A stretch of 52,349 nucleotides of DNA from a virus. The DNA is taken from the IMG/VR virus record IMGVR_UViG_3300028898_000107, one strand, 5' to 3'. This document shows, piece after piece, positions 39,544 to 48,806 of the stretch. A model generated the notes under the pieces. That model was not told where the DNA came from and did not search any database. It saw nothing but the letters and a program-made list of their open reading frames with translations. The position numbers and the translations under genes were made by a program. Position 1 is the stretch's first letter; each line of letters opens with the position of its first letter.

Positions 39544-39758
39544 CCAAGCGAATACATATCCACCTCAAGAGCGGTCTTCAATCTACTAAGGACGCTAATC
39601 CGGACGGAACGGTAAGCCCTGATGAAGATCGTCGAGAGGCTGAGCTTACCCAAAAGGCTAAAAAGCTATTCTCTGACCTAAAGACCGAGGCTTATGCCAT
39701 CGGGGGTCCTTTTCGAGGCCCGGGCATTTGGGGAAGAATAAAAAGGACTCTTCAATGA
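39540..39758 (+). CDS. small 'IHIHL' family protein, paralog 1
   Basis: MTKRIHIHLKSGLQSTKDA... ATGA-coupled on both sides. Confidence 0.6.
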   Translation: MTKRIHIHLKSGLQSTKDANPDGTVSPDEDRREAELTQKAKKLFSDLKTEAYAIGGPFRGPGIWGRIKRTLQ

Positions 39759-40225
39759 CCATCACCGTTCCACAGTTTCGAGCTGACTACCCTGAGTTCA
39801 ACAGCTCAACCGACTATCCCAACAGCCAGATCGAGTACTACCTGGCCTTGGCCGAGAAGCTTCTTCCGGCCGATCGTTGGGGAAACGTCCTCGACAATGC
39901 GGTAGAGCTGTATGTGGCTCACCATATCGCGATGGAGGCCCGGGCTCAAGCAGAGGCTGCTTCGGGAGTGGTTCCGGGGCAGACGACCGGTCCTATCTCC
40001 TCGAAGTCTGTGGATAAGGTGTCCGTGGGGTTCGACACCAGCTCTGCGACGGAGGAGAAAGGCGGGCATTGGAACCTGACCATCTACGGTACTCGGTTCC
40101 TTCGTCTGGCCAAGCTTTTCGGGGCAGGACCCCTACAGGTCGGAATCGGCATGGTGCCCTACGGAAGCGGGGCTGCCTGGCCTGGCCCAAGTGTTCAACC
40201 AGGCTTCACCAACTTCGGAAGTTAA
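39755..40225 (+). CDS. head-tail connector/adaptor (DUF4054-like)
   Basis: ATG 39755 is ATGA-coupled. FRADYPEF...YYLALAEKLL...WGN...ELYVAHHIA pattern. Confidence 0.6.
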   Translation: MTITVPQFRADYPEFNSSTDYPNSQIEYYLALAEKLLPADRWGNVLDNAVELYVAHHIAMEARAQAEAASGVVPGQTTGPISSKSVDKVSVGFDTSSATEEKGGHWNLTIYGTRFLRLAKLFGAGPLQVGIGMVPYGSGAAWPGPSVQPGFTNFGS

Positions 40226-40237
40226 TAAGGATCCATT

Positions 40238-40432
40238 ATGGCCAAGCATATACACGTTCATGTAGGTAAGACCCAAGATGCACTGCCCTCTGCCCAAGTG
40301 TCCGAAGCCATTCGAAAGGCCGAGGCAATAATTCACCGTCTCAAGAATGTTACCCCTGGGACGGATTTGGCAGACGGGGACTTTCGAGAAGGGTACAAAG
40401 CCTTGACTGCGGCTTATAACTGGATTGTCTAG
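40238..40432 (+). CDS. small 'IHIHL' family protein, paralog 2
   Basis: MAKHIHVHVGKTQDA... Confidence 0.6.
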   Translation: MAKHIHVHVGKTQDALPSAQVSEAIRKAEAIIHRLKNVTPGTDLADGDFREGYKALTAAYNWIV

Positions 40433-40924
40433 ATGGCTAAGAACGCCGCCCGGATGCTGATGAACAAACTGCCTAAGTTGAAGATTAGCTTGGACCAGCT
40501 GACCCACCAGAACGTCATGGTAGGAGTCCCTCAGGACAAGGTCAAGAGACAGGATGAGGACTCCCCGATAGGGAATGCTTCCTTGGCCTACCTCCATGAC
40601 AATGGTGCTCCGGGGGCGAATATCCCGGCTCGCCCTTTCATGAGGCCTGGGATAGAGGCGGCGAAGAAGACCATCATACGCCAGTTTCAGCTGGCCGCGA
40701 AGAAAGCCCTTCATAAGGACGACGCTGCCATAGAGAGAGGGCTTAATATGGCGGGGATCGCCGCCCAAAACGCCATCCGAGCAGCTATCAACGAGGGTCC
40801 TGGCCCTGCACTGTCCGAGGGAACGCTCGCTGCAAGGCGTAGAAGGGGCCGCGAAGGCACTAAACCTCTCGTGGACACAGGGCAGCTAAGGAATAGCATC
40901 AATTATGTCATACGGAGCGAATAA
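40433..40924 (+). CDS. head-tail joining protein (HK97 gp10-like)
   Basis: IPARPFMRPG ... KPLVDTGQLRNSINYVI motifs. Confidence 0.6.
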   Translation: MAKNAARMLMNKLPKLKISLDQLTHQNVMVGVPQDKVKRQDEDSPIGNASLAYLHDNGAPGANIPARPFMRPGIEAAKKTIIRQFQLAAKKALHKDDAAIERGLNMAGIAAQNAIRAAINEGPGPALSEGTLAARRRRGREGTKPLVDTGQLRNSINYVIRSE

Positions 40925-41374
40925 ATGGCTCGGCTGGATGTCTCAGATTTACCCTTAGACCCGATGTTCACGGATACCTTCGACGTCGAGCGAAGAACTG
41001 AGACTGTGGATAACCATGGGAGGAGTACACTGGCTATCCAGACTTTCCCTCGAGTGGCAGGGACTGTCACCATGGCCAGTCCTAATGACCTCAAGAGGTT
41101 GGCTGAGCACCAGGTCACTGAGAGAACCATCAGCATCGTGACCAAGTTCAAGATGCAGGGAGAGGTCACAGGGAAGCAGCCGGACGTGGTGGTCTGGAGA
41201 GGGGATCGATACGTGGTCAACTACATCGACTACTATCCGCAGTTCGGGAGGGGCTTCACTCAGGTTCTCTGCTCCAGTATGGACCGGACCGACGAAGAAT
41301 TGAACGCCCCATTACCTGGAGGCTTTGCCTTCAACCAGTCGAGAAACTCGGCCCTCATTCAACTAACGAGGTAA
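40925..41374 (+). CDS. head-closure / head-tail joining protein candidate
   Basis: 149 aa. Position in the connector module. ...VVVWRGDRYVVNYID... Confidence 0.5.
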   Translation: MARLDVSDLPLDPMFTDTFDVERRTETVDNHGRSTLAIQTFPRVAGTVTMASPNDLKRLAEHQVTERTISIVTKFKMQGEVTGKQPDVVVWRGDRYVVNYIDYYPQFGRGFTQVLCSSMDRTDEELNAPLPGGFAFNQSRNSALIQLTR

Positions 41375-41378
41375 ACAA

Positions 41379-41711
41379 ATGCTCACCAAGATACTGGATG
41401 CCTTAGGGGTTCAACAGACGGTAGTGACTGCCAGCCAAGAAGCTGTGGTCAACAAGTCCGGGACTATCACCGCCACAGGAGTATCGCAGACGCTGGCAGC
41501 AGCCAATGCTCTCCGGTCGGGGTGGTTCTTCCAGAATAATGGGTCCAACCCCATGTACCTGAATGAGGTGGGGGCTGACGCTTCGGCTACCTCCAATTCC
41601 TTCGTGGTGCAGGCTGGCGGTACCTTTCCTCCTGCAGGGTTCGCTCTCACCACGGCCAAGATCAGCGTGCTGGGAACGATAGGAGAAGCCTTCACTTGCA
41701 GGGAGTGGTAA
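41379..41711 (+). CDS. hypothetical structural protein
   Basis: 110 aa, beta-rich (RSGWFFQNNGSNPMYLNEVG...). Confidence 0.55.
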   Translation: MLTKILDALGVQQTVVTASQEAVVNKSGTITATGVSQTLAAANALRSGWFFQNNGSNPMYLNEVGADASATSNSFVVQAGGTFPPAGFALTTAKISVLGTIGEAFTCREW

Positions 41712-41924
41712 ATGATTAAAAATATACATATTCACCTTGGCAATACGAAGGACGCTGATGTTCGGGTGGACCATATCTCATCGGGAGTTGCTGCTGCAAA
41801 GCGAACAATCCAAGATGGTGAGCGGGCTTTGGCAAAAGGGGATCTCGAATTGGCCGGACGATACTTTATCTCTGCTTCGGTCACCCTTGAAAACATCGGC
41901 AAGCAAGCTAAATCATCGGCGTAA
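41712..41924 (+). CDS. small 'IHIHL' family protein, paralog 3
   Basis: MIKNIHIHLGNTKDA... The start overlaps the previous stop (TAAATG). Confidence 0.6.
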   Translation: MIKNIHIHLGNTKDADVRVDHISSGVAAAKRTIQDGERALAKGDLELAGRYFISASVTLENIGKQAKSSA

Positions 41925-41930
41925 TGACTC

Positions 41931-42506
41931 ATGAATACTAGCGCAACTGGCGGGTACCTAACTCCAACGGTTAGTCCTGCCCCACTTGAGGATGAGGCCT
42001 TAGTCAACTTCTTCCAAGAGTGGGTAGTGGGGATCACCGGACTGGCCGGACAGTACGTTCGACCTCGCTGGCAACCGGAGCCCCCGAACATTCCTGGCAG
42101 TTCGATCAACTGGGCGGCTATCGGGATAGCTCGAAGAGAGGTTGACACCTTCGCCGTAGAGCAGCACCTCCCCGCTGGGACTAGCCAGGTCAAGCGACAC
42201 GAGGTTCTGCACTTCCTGGCCTCTTTCTACGGTCCGGCAGCAGACAGCTATGCTCATATCCTAAGGGAGGGGATGCAGTTAGCCCAGAACCGGGAGAGGC
42301 TGACTCTGAACAGTATGGGACTGGTGGAGAGCGGAGAAGCCGTCACAGTTCCTGAGCTGGTGAAAGAGAGATGGCTATACAGGGTGGATCTTCCATTTAG
42401 CATACGTCGTCAAATCATCCGTACCTATTCCGTGTTGAACCTTAACTCGGCAACCGTTCAATTGAACAACGAGCAGTCGATTACCAACCTCAACGTAGCA
42501 CCTTAA
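41931..42506 (+). CDS. neck/tail terminator candidate
   Basis: 191 aa, directly upstream of the sheath gene. Confidence 0.45.
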   Translation: MNTSATGGYLTPTVSPAPLEDEALVNFFQEWVVGITGLAGQYVRPRWQPEPPNIPGSSINWAAIGIARREVDTFAVEQHLPAGTSQVKRHEVLHFLASFYGPAADSYAHILREGMQLAQNRERLTLNSMGLVESGEAVTVPELVKERWLYRVDLPFSIRRQIIRTYSVLNLNSATVQLNNEQSITNLNVAP

Positions 42507-42515
42507 GGAGGCTTC

Positions 42516-44321
42516 ATGAACGCACTACCTATCTCTAGACTGGTTAACGTCTCCGTCAACCTGTCTCCCATCGCTGCCCAGATGCAGAACTTGTCCACCT
42601 TGTTGATCCTGGGCAGCTCCAGCATCATTGACGTGGTCGAGCGTATCCGGAACTATAGCACCATCGACGAGGTGGCCACTGACTTCGGGACTTCCGCCCC
42701 AGAGTACCTGGCTGCGGTCCTGTGGTTCGAGCAGTCCCCTCAGCCCACCACACTGAGCATCGGCCGTTGGGCAGAGACTGCCCCTGCCGGTCGACTGATT
42801 GGCGGAACCCTGTCGGCAGCTCAACAAGCGATCGCCCTGTGGAACGCTATCACGACCGGTGCTTTCGAGGTGGAGGTGGACGGAGTACCACTGTCCATCA
42901 ATGGCTTGAACTTCTCGGCCGCCACCAACTTGAATGGGGTAGCATCTACCATCCAGACAGCCCTGGCGGCTAAGTCGGCAGGATGCACGGTAGTATGGAA
43001 CTCTACCTACGGCCGGTTCGTAGTTCAATCCGGAACCACGGGGGCTACCTCTGCGGTGAGCTTCCTGAATGCCCCTACGGCTACCGGAGACTTCATCTTT
43101 GCTGGTCAACCAGCCGACAACGACACCATCACCCTGAATGGTACTGTGGTCACCTTCGTCACCACTCCTGCAGCTGGGAAAGTGACCATCGGAGGTTCCG
43201 TTTCGGAGACCTTGGCGAACCTGTTGGCCTTCCTGAATGCTTCGGCAGATGCACAGCTCGTCAAGTTCGTCTATTATGTGGCCCTTGGCAGTCTGTATGT
43301 CAAGGCGGCCACTCCAGGCGCAGGTGGTGATGCACTGACCATCGCCAAATCCTCCGTCAATATCACAGTTTCGGGGGCCACCCTCTCGGGAGGAACGGGC
43401 ACGGACGTTTCTACCATGTTGGGATGTGCCTCCTCCTCTTCCGGTGCTTATGTCGCCGACGGTATCGCTGCAGAGACTCCCCTGGAGGCGGTCACCCTCA
43501 TGGATGATCAGTTCGGCCAGGCGTGGTATGCCTTGACGGCTCTGGGGGTTACTAACAGCGACCACCTGGCCATCTCCAGCTACATCAGTGCGGCGAACAA
43601 CAAGCACCTGTATGGCGTCTCTACCCAGGAGGCCGGAGTACTGTCCGCTCTGAGCACTACGGACATCGCCTACCAGCTGAAAGCCGTGGGACCTAGCCGA
43701 ACCGTGACTCAGTACTCCAGCTCGAATCCGTACTCCGTCTGCTCGCTGTTGGGTCGAATCCTCACGGTGAACTACAACGGGAACAATACCACGATCACCC
43801 TGATGTACAAGCAAGAACCGGGTATCGTAGCCGAGAACCTGACCTCTACCCAGATCAACGCTCTGGAGGGAAAGAACTGCAATGTCTTCGTAGCCTACAA
43901 CAACGACACTGCGATCATCGAGAACGGAAAGGTGGCTTCTGGGGACTTCTTGGACACCACTACCGGAACCGACTGGCTGGCTCTGCAGATCCAAAACAAC
44001 GTGTTCAACCTGCTGTACACCAGCACCACCAAGATCCCGCAGACAGACGCTGGCGTGCAGTTGATCACCACTTCCATCGAGGCAGTCTGCTCCCAGGGAG
44101 TAGCCAACGGTCTCCTGGCACCGGGAGTGTGGAACTCAGGGGGGTTCGGGGAACTGGCCCAAGGGGACTTCCTGCCGAAGGGGTTCTATGTCTACGCCCA
44201 GCCGGTCTCGCTGCAACTCCAGGCTGACCGCGAGGCTCGTAAGGCTCCTCCCATCCAGGTGGCTGCAAAACTGGCCGGAGCTATCCACACTGTGGATGTC
44301 ATCGTCAACGTCAATCGCTAA
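42516..44321 (+). CDS. tail sheath protein (DUF3383-like)
   Basis: AAGGAGG precedes ATG 42516. 601 aa. N-terminal ISRLVNVSVNLSP...LLILG pattern. Followed by the tube gene. Confidence 0.65.
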   Translation: MNALPISRLVNVSVNLSPIAAQMQNLSTLLILGSSSIIDVVERIRNYSTIDEVATDFGTSAPEYLAAVLWFEQSPQPTTLSIGRWAETAPAGRLIGGTLSAAQQAIALWNAITTGAFEVEVDGVPLSINGLNFSAATNLNGVASTIQTALAAKSAGCTVVWNSTYGRFVVQSGTTGATSAVSFLNAPTATGDFIFAGQPADNDTITLNGTVVTFVTTPAAGKVTIGGSVSETLANLLAFLNASADAQLVKFVYYVALGSLYVKAATPGAGGDALTIAKSSVNITVSGATLSGGTGTDVSTMLGCASSSSGAYVADGIAAETPLEAVTLMDDQFGQAWYALTALGVTNSDHLAISSYISAANNKHLYGVSTQEAGVLSALSTTDIAYQLKAVGPSRTVTQYSSSNPYSVCSLLGRILTVNYNGNNTTITLMYKQEPGIVAENLTSTQINALEGKNCNVFVAYNNDTAIIENGKVASGDFLDTTTGTDWLALQIQNNVFNLLYTSTTKIPQTDAGVQLITTSIEAVCSQGVANGLLAPGVWNSGGFGELAQGDFLPKGFYVYAQPVSLQLQADREARKAPPIQVAAKLAGAIHTVDVIVNVNR

Positions 44322-44331
44322 GGAGTAGAGA

Positions 44332-44775
44332 ATGCCTACATATTCGTTTCTTGATGTACAAGCCTCAATCGTCGGTCCCGGCGGTGCCTTCTCCCTGGGC
44401 TCTGGGGTAGGTGCGGCGGAAGAGGGGATCACCATCGCCCCTACCGAGGATATCAACACCATGACCATTGGTGCTGACGGCACCCCGATGCACTCCCTGC
44501 ACGCCAACAAGTCCGGCAGTGTCACCATCAACCTGCTCAAGACCTCTCCGGTCAATAAGCAGCTGGCTCAGCTCTATGCCTTTCAAACGGCATCGGGAGC
44601 TAACCACGGCAAGAACACCATCTCTGTGGGAAATTCTCAGACAGGCGACGTGATCACCTGCCAGCAGGTGGCCTTCCAAAAGCATCCGGACATTGTCTAC
44701 GCCAAGGAAGGTCGTTTCAATGCCTGGACCTTCCACGCCGGTATCATTGACCGTACCCTGGGCGCTGGTGCATAA
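44332..44775 (+). CDS. tail tube protein (DUF3277-like)
   Basis: YSFLDVQASIVGPGG...GADGTPMHS...SGSVTINLLKTSPVNKQL pattern. Confidence 0.65.
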   Translation: MPTYSFLDVQASIVGPGGAFSLGSGVGAAEEGITIAPTEDINTMTIGADGTPMHSLHANKSGSVTINLLKTSPVNKQLAQLYAFQTASGANHGKNTISVGNSQTGDVITCQQVAFQKHPDIVYAKEGRFNAWTFHAGIIDRTLGAGA

Positions 44776-45164
44776 TGGAACTCTCTGGGAATAACTACTC
44801 CATTGGCCGGTTGAACGCTTTCGACCAGTTAAAGGTTGCTCGTAAGCTGGCGGCTACCTCTGTCCTGATCGGAAGCCTGGTCAAGGCGGAGGCCCAGAAG
44901 TCGGACATCACCTTTCTGGTGCTGTTGATACTGTCTCACTTGGATGATGTTTCATCTGAGCAGGTGGTCAACCAGTGTCTGAGTGTGGTCTCCCGGCAGC
45001 AAGGAAACCTGTCAGCTCCGGTTATGAACTCCGGAACGTTGATGTTCTCGGACATCAAGGTGAGTGAGGTGCTTCAGCTAACCGCTCGAGTGATCACGGA
45101 GAACCTGGGGGATTTTTTTCTTTCCGCCCTAGCCGATTTGGAAGCCCAGACCAACCAGCTGTAG
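44775..45164 (+). CDS. tail assembly chaperone (short form)
   Basis: Position between the tube and tape measure genes. Contains the slippery T7 run 45113-45119. Confidence 0.7.
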   Translation: MELSGNNYSIGRLNAFDQLKVARKLAATSVLIGSLVKAEAQKSDITFLVLLILSHLDDVSSEQVVNQCLSVVSRQQGNLSAPVMNSGTLMFSDIKVSEVLQLTARVITENLGDFFLSALADLEAQTNQL

Positions 45165-45337
45165 CCCTGGCCTCCATGGCGGGCGGTGAGGACTGGGTGA
45201 TGCTTCCTGTTCTGCGGGGCCTATGCACCTATAAGGACTTGAAAGACGGATCTCTCTCCCTGTATGACCTGGCCCTGATGAATGAGGCCTTGGAAGTAGA
45301 GGGGGAGAATCAGAGAAGGTTGAGGAGTAAGGAATAA
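44775..45337 (+). CDS. tail assembly chaperone, -1 frameshift-extended form
   Basis: The -1 frame is open from T_TTT_TTT (45113-45119) to TAA 45335-45337. The extension contains DWVMLPVLRGLCTYKDLKDGSLSLYDLALMNEALEVEGEN. Confidence 0.6.
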
Positions 45338-46839
45338 TGGCCACAGCTGAAATCCTGCAAGAGTACCTGGTCAAGCTGGGTTTCCAGACGGATGCTATCT
45401 CCGCGAAGAAGCTAGAGGACACCCTCGGGGCGACCAACAAGAAGATCTTCGGAGTAGGAGTGGCCGTGGCCGGGATGGTCCTTGCGGCAGAGCGAGGGGT
45501 AGCTGCCTTCGCGGGAAAGATGGAGAGGCTCCACTACTCCTCGAAACTGACCGATACCTCTGTGGCTAAGCTACAGTCCTTGTCCTTCGCAGCTGAGCAG
45601 ATAGGGATCTCAGGAGAAGTAGCCTCGGGGATGGTACAGAAGTTAGCTCAAGACCTCAAGCTGATGCCCGGAACCTTGGGACTAGTAGAAGGAGCCTTCG
45701 GTATCAGTACGAAGGGAAAAGAGTCCGCAGATGTTTACTTCGAGCTTCTGGACAAGATGAAAGTGATGTCCCCAACCCTGGGGACCATGTGGGCTGAGAA
45801 ACTCTTCGGAATGGACCAGTCCACCTTTCTCCTGACCATGGGAAACCTTGACAAGCTCAAGGAGAAGTATCGAGAGCATCAACAGACCATCCGGAATACT
45901 GGAACGGATATGGATGAGGCCGCTAAGGTTCTCACCAATTACAACAACCAACTTAGAACTACGGAGGCTAATCTAGACCGTCTGGGGGTGGCCATGGCGA
46001 AAAACCTGGCTCCGACCTTTACCGCGATCAACAAGCAGCTTAATGTCACCCTGAGGTATTGGACCAAATTCTTAGGGGGCGACGTCAGCTCTTGGGAGGA
46101 CATGTTCCAGTTCTTCAAAGATATTCCAAAGGCCGCCGGCAAAGCCACATTGGCTACGGCAGGACTCCTTAACCCCTGGGGGAGTTGGAAGGACTATCAG
46201 AAATACTACTCAGAAGACTCTGGCGGTCGTCAAGCGGTTTCGGGGAAGATCAGGAGACCGCCCCAAGGAAAGCCCTCAGAGCGGGGGATTTATTCCTCAC
46301 TATCCTCACTGGGGTGGAGCCCTCATGAGGCCATAGGCATCATGGCGAATCTTCAGAAGGAGAGCGGATACGATCCTCGAGCAATAGGAGATGAGGGGAA
46401 AGCTTACGGTATTGCTCAATGGCATCCTGATCGTCAAAAGGACTTCCAAGAGAAATATGGAAAGAACATCCGAAGTTCTACCTTAGAGGAGCAGTTGCTC
46501 TTCCTTACACATGAACTTCGTGAAGGAAAAGAGCAAAAGGCGGGGTCACTATTACGAGGTGCCCAGAGCCCAGAAGAGGCTACTAGGATTCTAAGTCTTA
46601 GGTATGAAAGGCCCCAGGGAGGGTTAGCTGAGGCGACCATTAGGGAAAGGATGGCCAGTGCCTTAGGGGCGAGGCTCGGAGTATCTCCAGGAGGCAACGG
46701 ACAGCTGGTGCAGAATAACACCACCAATATCAACGTCTCAGGAACGGGGGCAGAAGCTACCGCTCGTGCTGTGGGAAGAGAGCAGTCCAGGGTGTTGTCT
46801 CAGGCCACTAGGGAGTTCGTAGGGAGACAAGCAGGATGA
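45337..46839 (+). CDS. tape measure protein with C-terminal lysozyme-like (tail lysozyme) domain
   Basis: Helical N-terminal two-thirds. C-terminal ...IMANLQKESGYDPRAIGDEGKAYGIAQWHPDRQ...LRYERP. Confidence 0.7.
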   Translation: MATAEILQEYLVKLGFQTDAISAKKLEDTLGATNKKIFGVGVAVAGMVLAAERGVAAFAGKMERLHYSSKLTDTSVAKLQSLSFAAEQIGISGEVASGMVQKLAQDLKLMPGTLGLVEGAFGISTKGKESADVYFELLDKMKVMSPTLGTMWAEKLFGMDQSTFLLTMGNLDKLKEKYREHQQTIRNTGTDMDEAAKVLTNYNNQLRTTEANLDRLGVAMAKNLAPTFTAINKQLNVTLRYWTKFLGGDVSSWEDMFQFFKDIPKAAGKATLATAGLLNPWGSWKDYQKYYSEDSGGRQAVSGKIRRPPQGKPSERGIYSSLSSLGWSPHEAIGIMANLQKESGYDPRAIGDEGKAYGIAQWHPDRQKDFQEKYGKNIRSSTLEEQLLFLTHELREGKEQKAGSLLRGAQSPEEATRILSLRYERPQGGLAEATIRERMASALGARLGVSPGGNGQLVQNNTTNINVSGTGAEATARAVGREQSRVLSQATREFVGRQAG

Positions 46840-47504
46840 ACGTGATAGGGGTAGTCAGTGCCGGGCTTCAGCTGGGCTTTAACTCCCGGATCGAGAAGCG
46901 GAAGAGGGGGCTCTACAGCTCAACCGAACAGCTAATCAGCAGAGCCCAGGTGACCATCAGTGAACTCCACACGGATGAGCTGGAGATTACCGATCATCCT
47001 GTGGACTCAGGGGCTCAAGTTTCCGACCATGCCTTCATGCATCCATCGGAGGTAGTTCTTCAACTGGCCTGGTCGAATAGCCCATCCTCTGCCGGAAGCC
47101 TGGTCAATCCGGCCTTGGGAACGGCAGTAGCGGTCAATTCTGTGGTTCGATCCATAACCGACACCGTTCAACGAGCCTTGGCTCTGCAAAATGCCGTACA
47201 GAGCGCCCTCTCTGGGGTGACTCCCGATGAGGTCAAAGGAGTCTATCAAGACTTAGTGGATCTTCAAAAATCCCGAGAGCCCTTCACCATTTACACGGGG
47301 AAGAGGAAATATACCGACATGCTCATCAAGTCATTGGCCACACAGACTGATGAGAAAACGGAGAATGCCCTGTTCATCACCATGACCTGTCGACAGGTCA
47401 TTCGGGTGTCCTCCCGAGCGGTCACTTTGTCCAAAGCCGCTATGGCTCTTCCTGAACTGATGGAACCTTTAGTCTCAGGAAGAAAGAATGCTATACCCCA
47501 ATAA
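46836..47504 (+). CDS. distal tail / baseplate hub-associated protein
   Basis: ITDHPVDSGAQVSDHAFMHPSEVVLQLAWS resembles the N-terminal domain of Mu gp43-type proteins. Confidence 0.45.
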   Translation: MNVIGVVSAGLQLGFNSRIEKRKRGLYSSTEQLISRAQVTISELHTDELEITDHPVDSGAQVSDHAFMHPSEVVLQLAWSNSPSSAGSLVNPALGTAVAVNSVVRSITDTVQRALALQNAVQSALSGVTPDEVKGVYQDLVDLQKSREPFTIYTGKRKYTDMLIKSLATQTDEKTENALFITMTCRQVIRVSSRAVTLSKAAMALPELMEPLVSGRKNAIPQ

Positions 47505-47513
47505 GGATTCAAA

Positions 47514-47822
47514 ATGCCAATCTATGAGATTCCCCTTAGTCCTGATGCTCAGACCCTGGAGATCTCCTTAGGCGGAGTGGACTATCAGTTGAGGGTACTA
47601 TGGAATTCCTCCTCCCTTAGCTGGGTGGTGGACTTTCTGAGCATTGACGGGACTCCTGTGGTACTGGGCATTCCTCTGGTGACAGGAGCTAACCTGCTAG
47701 AGCAGTTTGATTACCTGAACTTCGGAGGGAGCCTGACTGCCTCTACCTACGGTGATATCAATGCTATCCCGACCTTTGAGAATTTAGGGATCATGGGCCA
47801 TCTCTACTTCACCACTACATGA
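47514..47822 (+). CDS. hypothetical tail/baseplate protein
   Basis: 102 aa. Position. Confidence 0.5.
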   Translation: MPIYEIPLSPDAQTLEISLGGVDYQLRVLWNSSSLSWVVDFLSIDGTPVVLGIPLVTGANLLEQFDYLNFGGSLTASTYGDINAIPTFENLGIMGHLYFTTT

Positions 47823-48805
47823 CCATGGAAGACTCCTTATATCTCAGGAAGGTGACTTTGGTGCTGGCCACCGGAGAGAAAGGAATAGATCTCTCTGACT
47901 TCCGGATCAAGTTTGATGTTCAAGCAACGGACCTCGAAAGCCCTAACCATGCATCCATCCGGGTCTATAACCTAGCCCCTAGTCTGGTGGATAGCCTGGC
48001 CGTCAAGGGGGAATACAGTGAGGTGATACTCCAAGCTGGGTATCAAAGTAATTTCGGGCTTATCTTTCGTGGAACCATTCGACAATTCCGAGTGGGGAGG
48101 GAGAATGCTAAGGACACCTACCTGGATATTCTGGCGGCGGACTGGGACATTGGATACAATCAGGGATTTGTCAATACCTCACTAAAGGATCCTACCCCGG
48201 CTCAGATAGTAAAAGAATCTGTCAAGGCAATGGCAGAAGAGGTGAATAAGCAACTCAAGACCAATCAGTCGGTAGACCAAGTCCTGAGCATGAAGGACTT
48301 CACTGATGACCTCCACGTTCCTAATCTCCGAGGGAAGGTCCTGTTCGGGATGGCGAAAGCCTCCATGAGGAACGTGGTTGGGAAGCTGGATGCCTCGTGG
48401 TCCATCCAGAACGGGGTGGTCCAAGTCCTGCCCATGAGGGGTTATGCTGAGGGCTCAGTTCTTCAGCTGAACCGAGAGACCGGCCTTCTGGGGCTACCCG
48501 AGCAGACAGGAGGAGGCATAGTCCTTCGATGCCTCTTGAACCCCAAGATCCGGATTGGCGGACTGGTTCAACTAGACAACCAAGTGATCAATAAGCTCTA
48601 TCAAGCTACAGATGCCCCAATCGCTTTTGATCAATATACCGGATTCTCTTACAACACCAAGCTCTCTCCCACGGGTCACTATAGAGTCTTCGCAGTAGAC
48701 CATGAGGGAGACACTAGAGGAAGAGATTGGGAGAGCACCCTGACCTGCCTAGCCGTAGATATGTCCCAGACAGACCCCAACCAAAAAGTCATACCGAAGA
48801 ACTGA
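47819..48805 (+). CDS. baseplate hub protein (gpD/gp44-like)
   Basis: 328 aa. Position upstream of the spike gene. ...IDLSDFRIKFDVQ...ASIRVYNL... Confidence 0.5.
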   Translation: MTMEDSLYLRKVTLVLATGEKGIDLSDFRIKFDVQATDLESPNHASIRVYNLAPSLVDSLAVKGEYSEVILQAGYQSNFGLIFRGTIRQFRVGRENAKDTYLDILAADWDIGYNQGFVNTSLKDPTPAQIVKESVKAMAEEVNKQLKTNQSVDQVLSMKDFTDDLHVPNLRGKVLFGMAKASMRNVVGKLDASWSIQNGVVQVLPMRGYAEGSVLQLNRETGLLGLPEQTGGGIVLRCLLNPKIRIGGLVQLDNQVINKLYQATDAPIAFDQYTGFSYNTKLSPTGHYRVFAVDHEGDTRGRDWESTLTCLAVDMSQTDPNQKVIPKN

Positions 48806-48806
48806 C

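Noticed and set aside
37122-39653. 843-aa ORF on the minus strand, the longest ORF in the window
   Set aside because: It runs antisense to the decoration, major capsid and downstream genes. Those genes have good RBSs, tight coupling and strong codon bias. The antisense translation is Arg/Leu/Gly/Val-rich junk with no RBS. It is a typical shadow ORF of GC3-biased coding sequence.
42525-43994. 489-aa minus-strand ORF
   Set aside because: It is antisense to the tail sheath gene. The composition is Gly/Arg/Ser-rich, it has no start context, and it is incompatible with the co-linear plus-strand operon.
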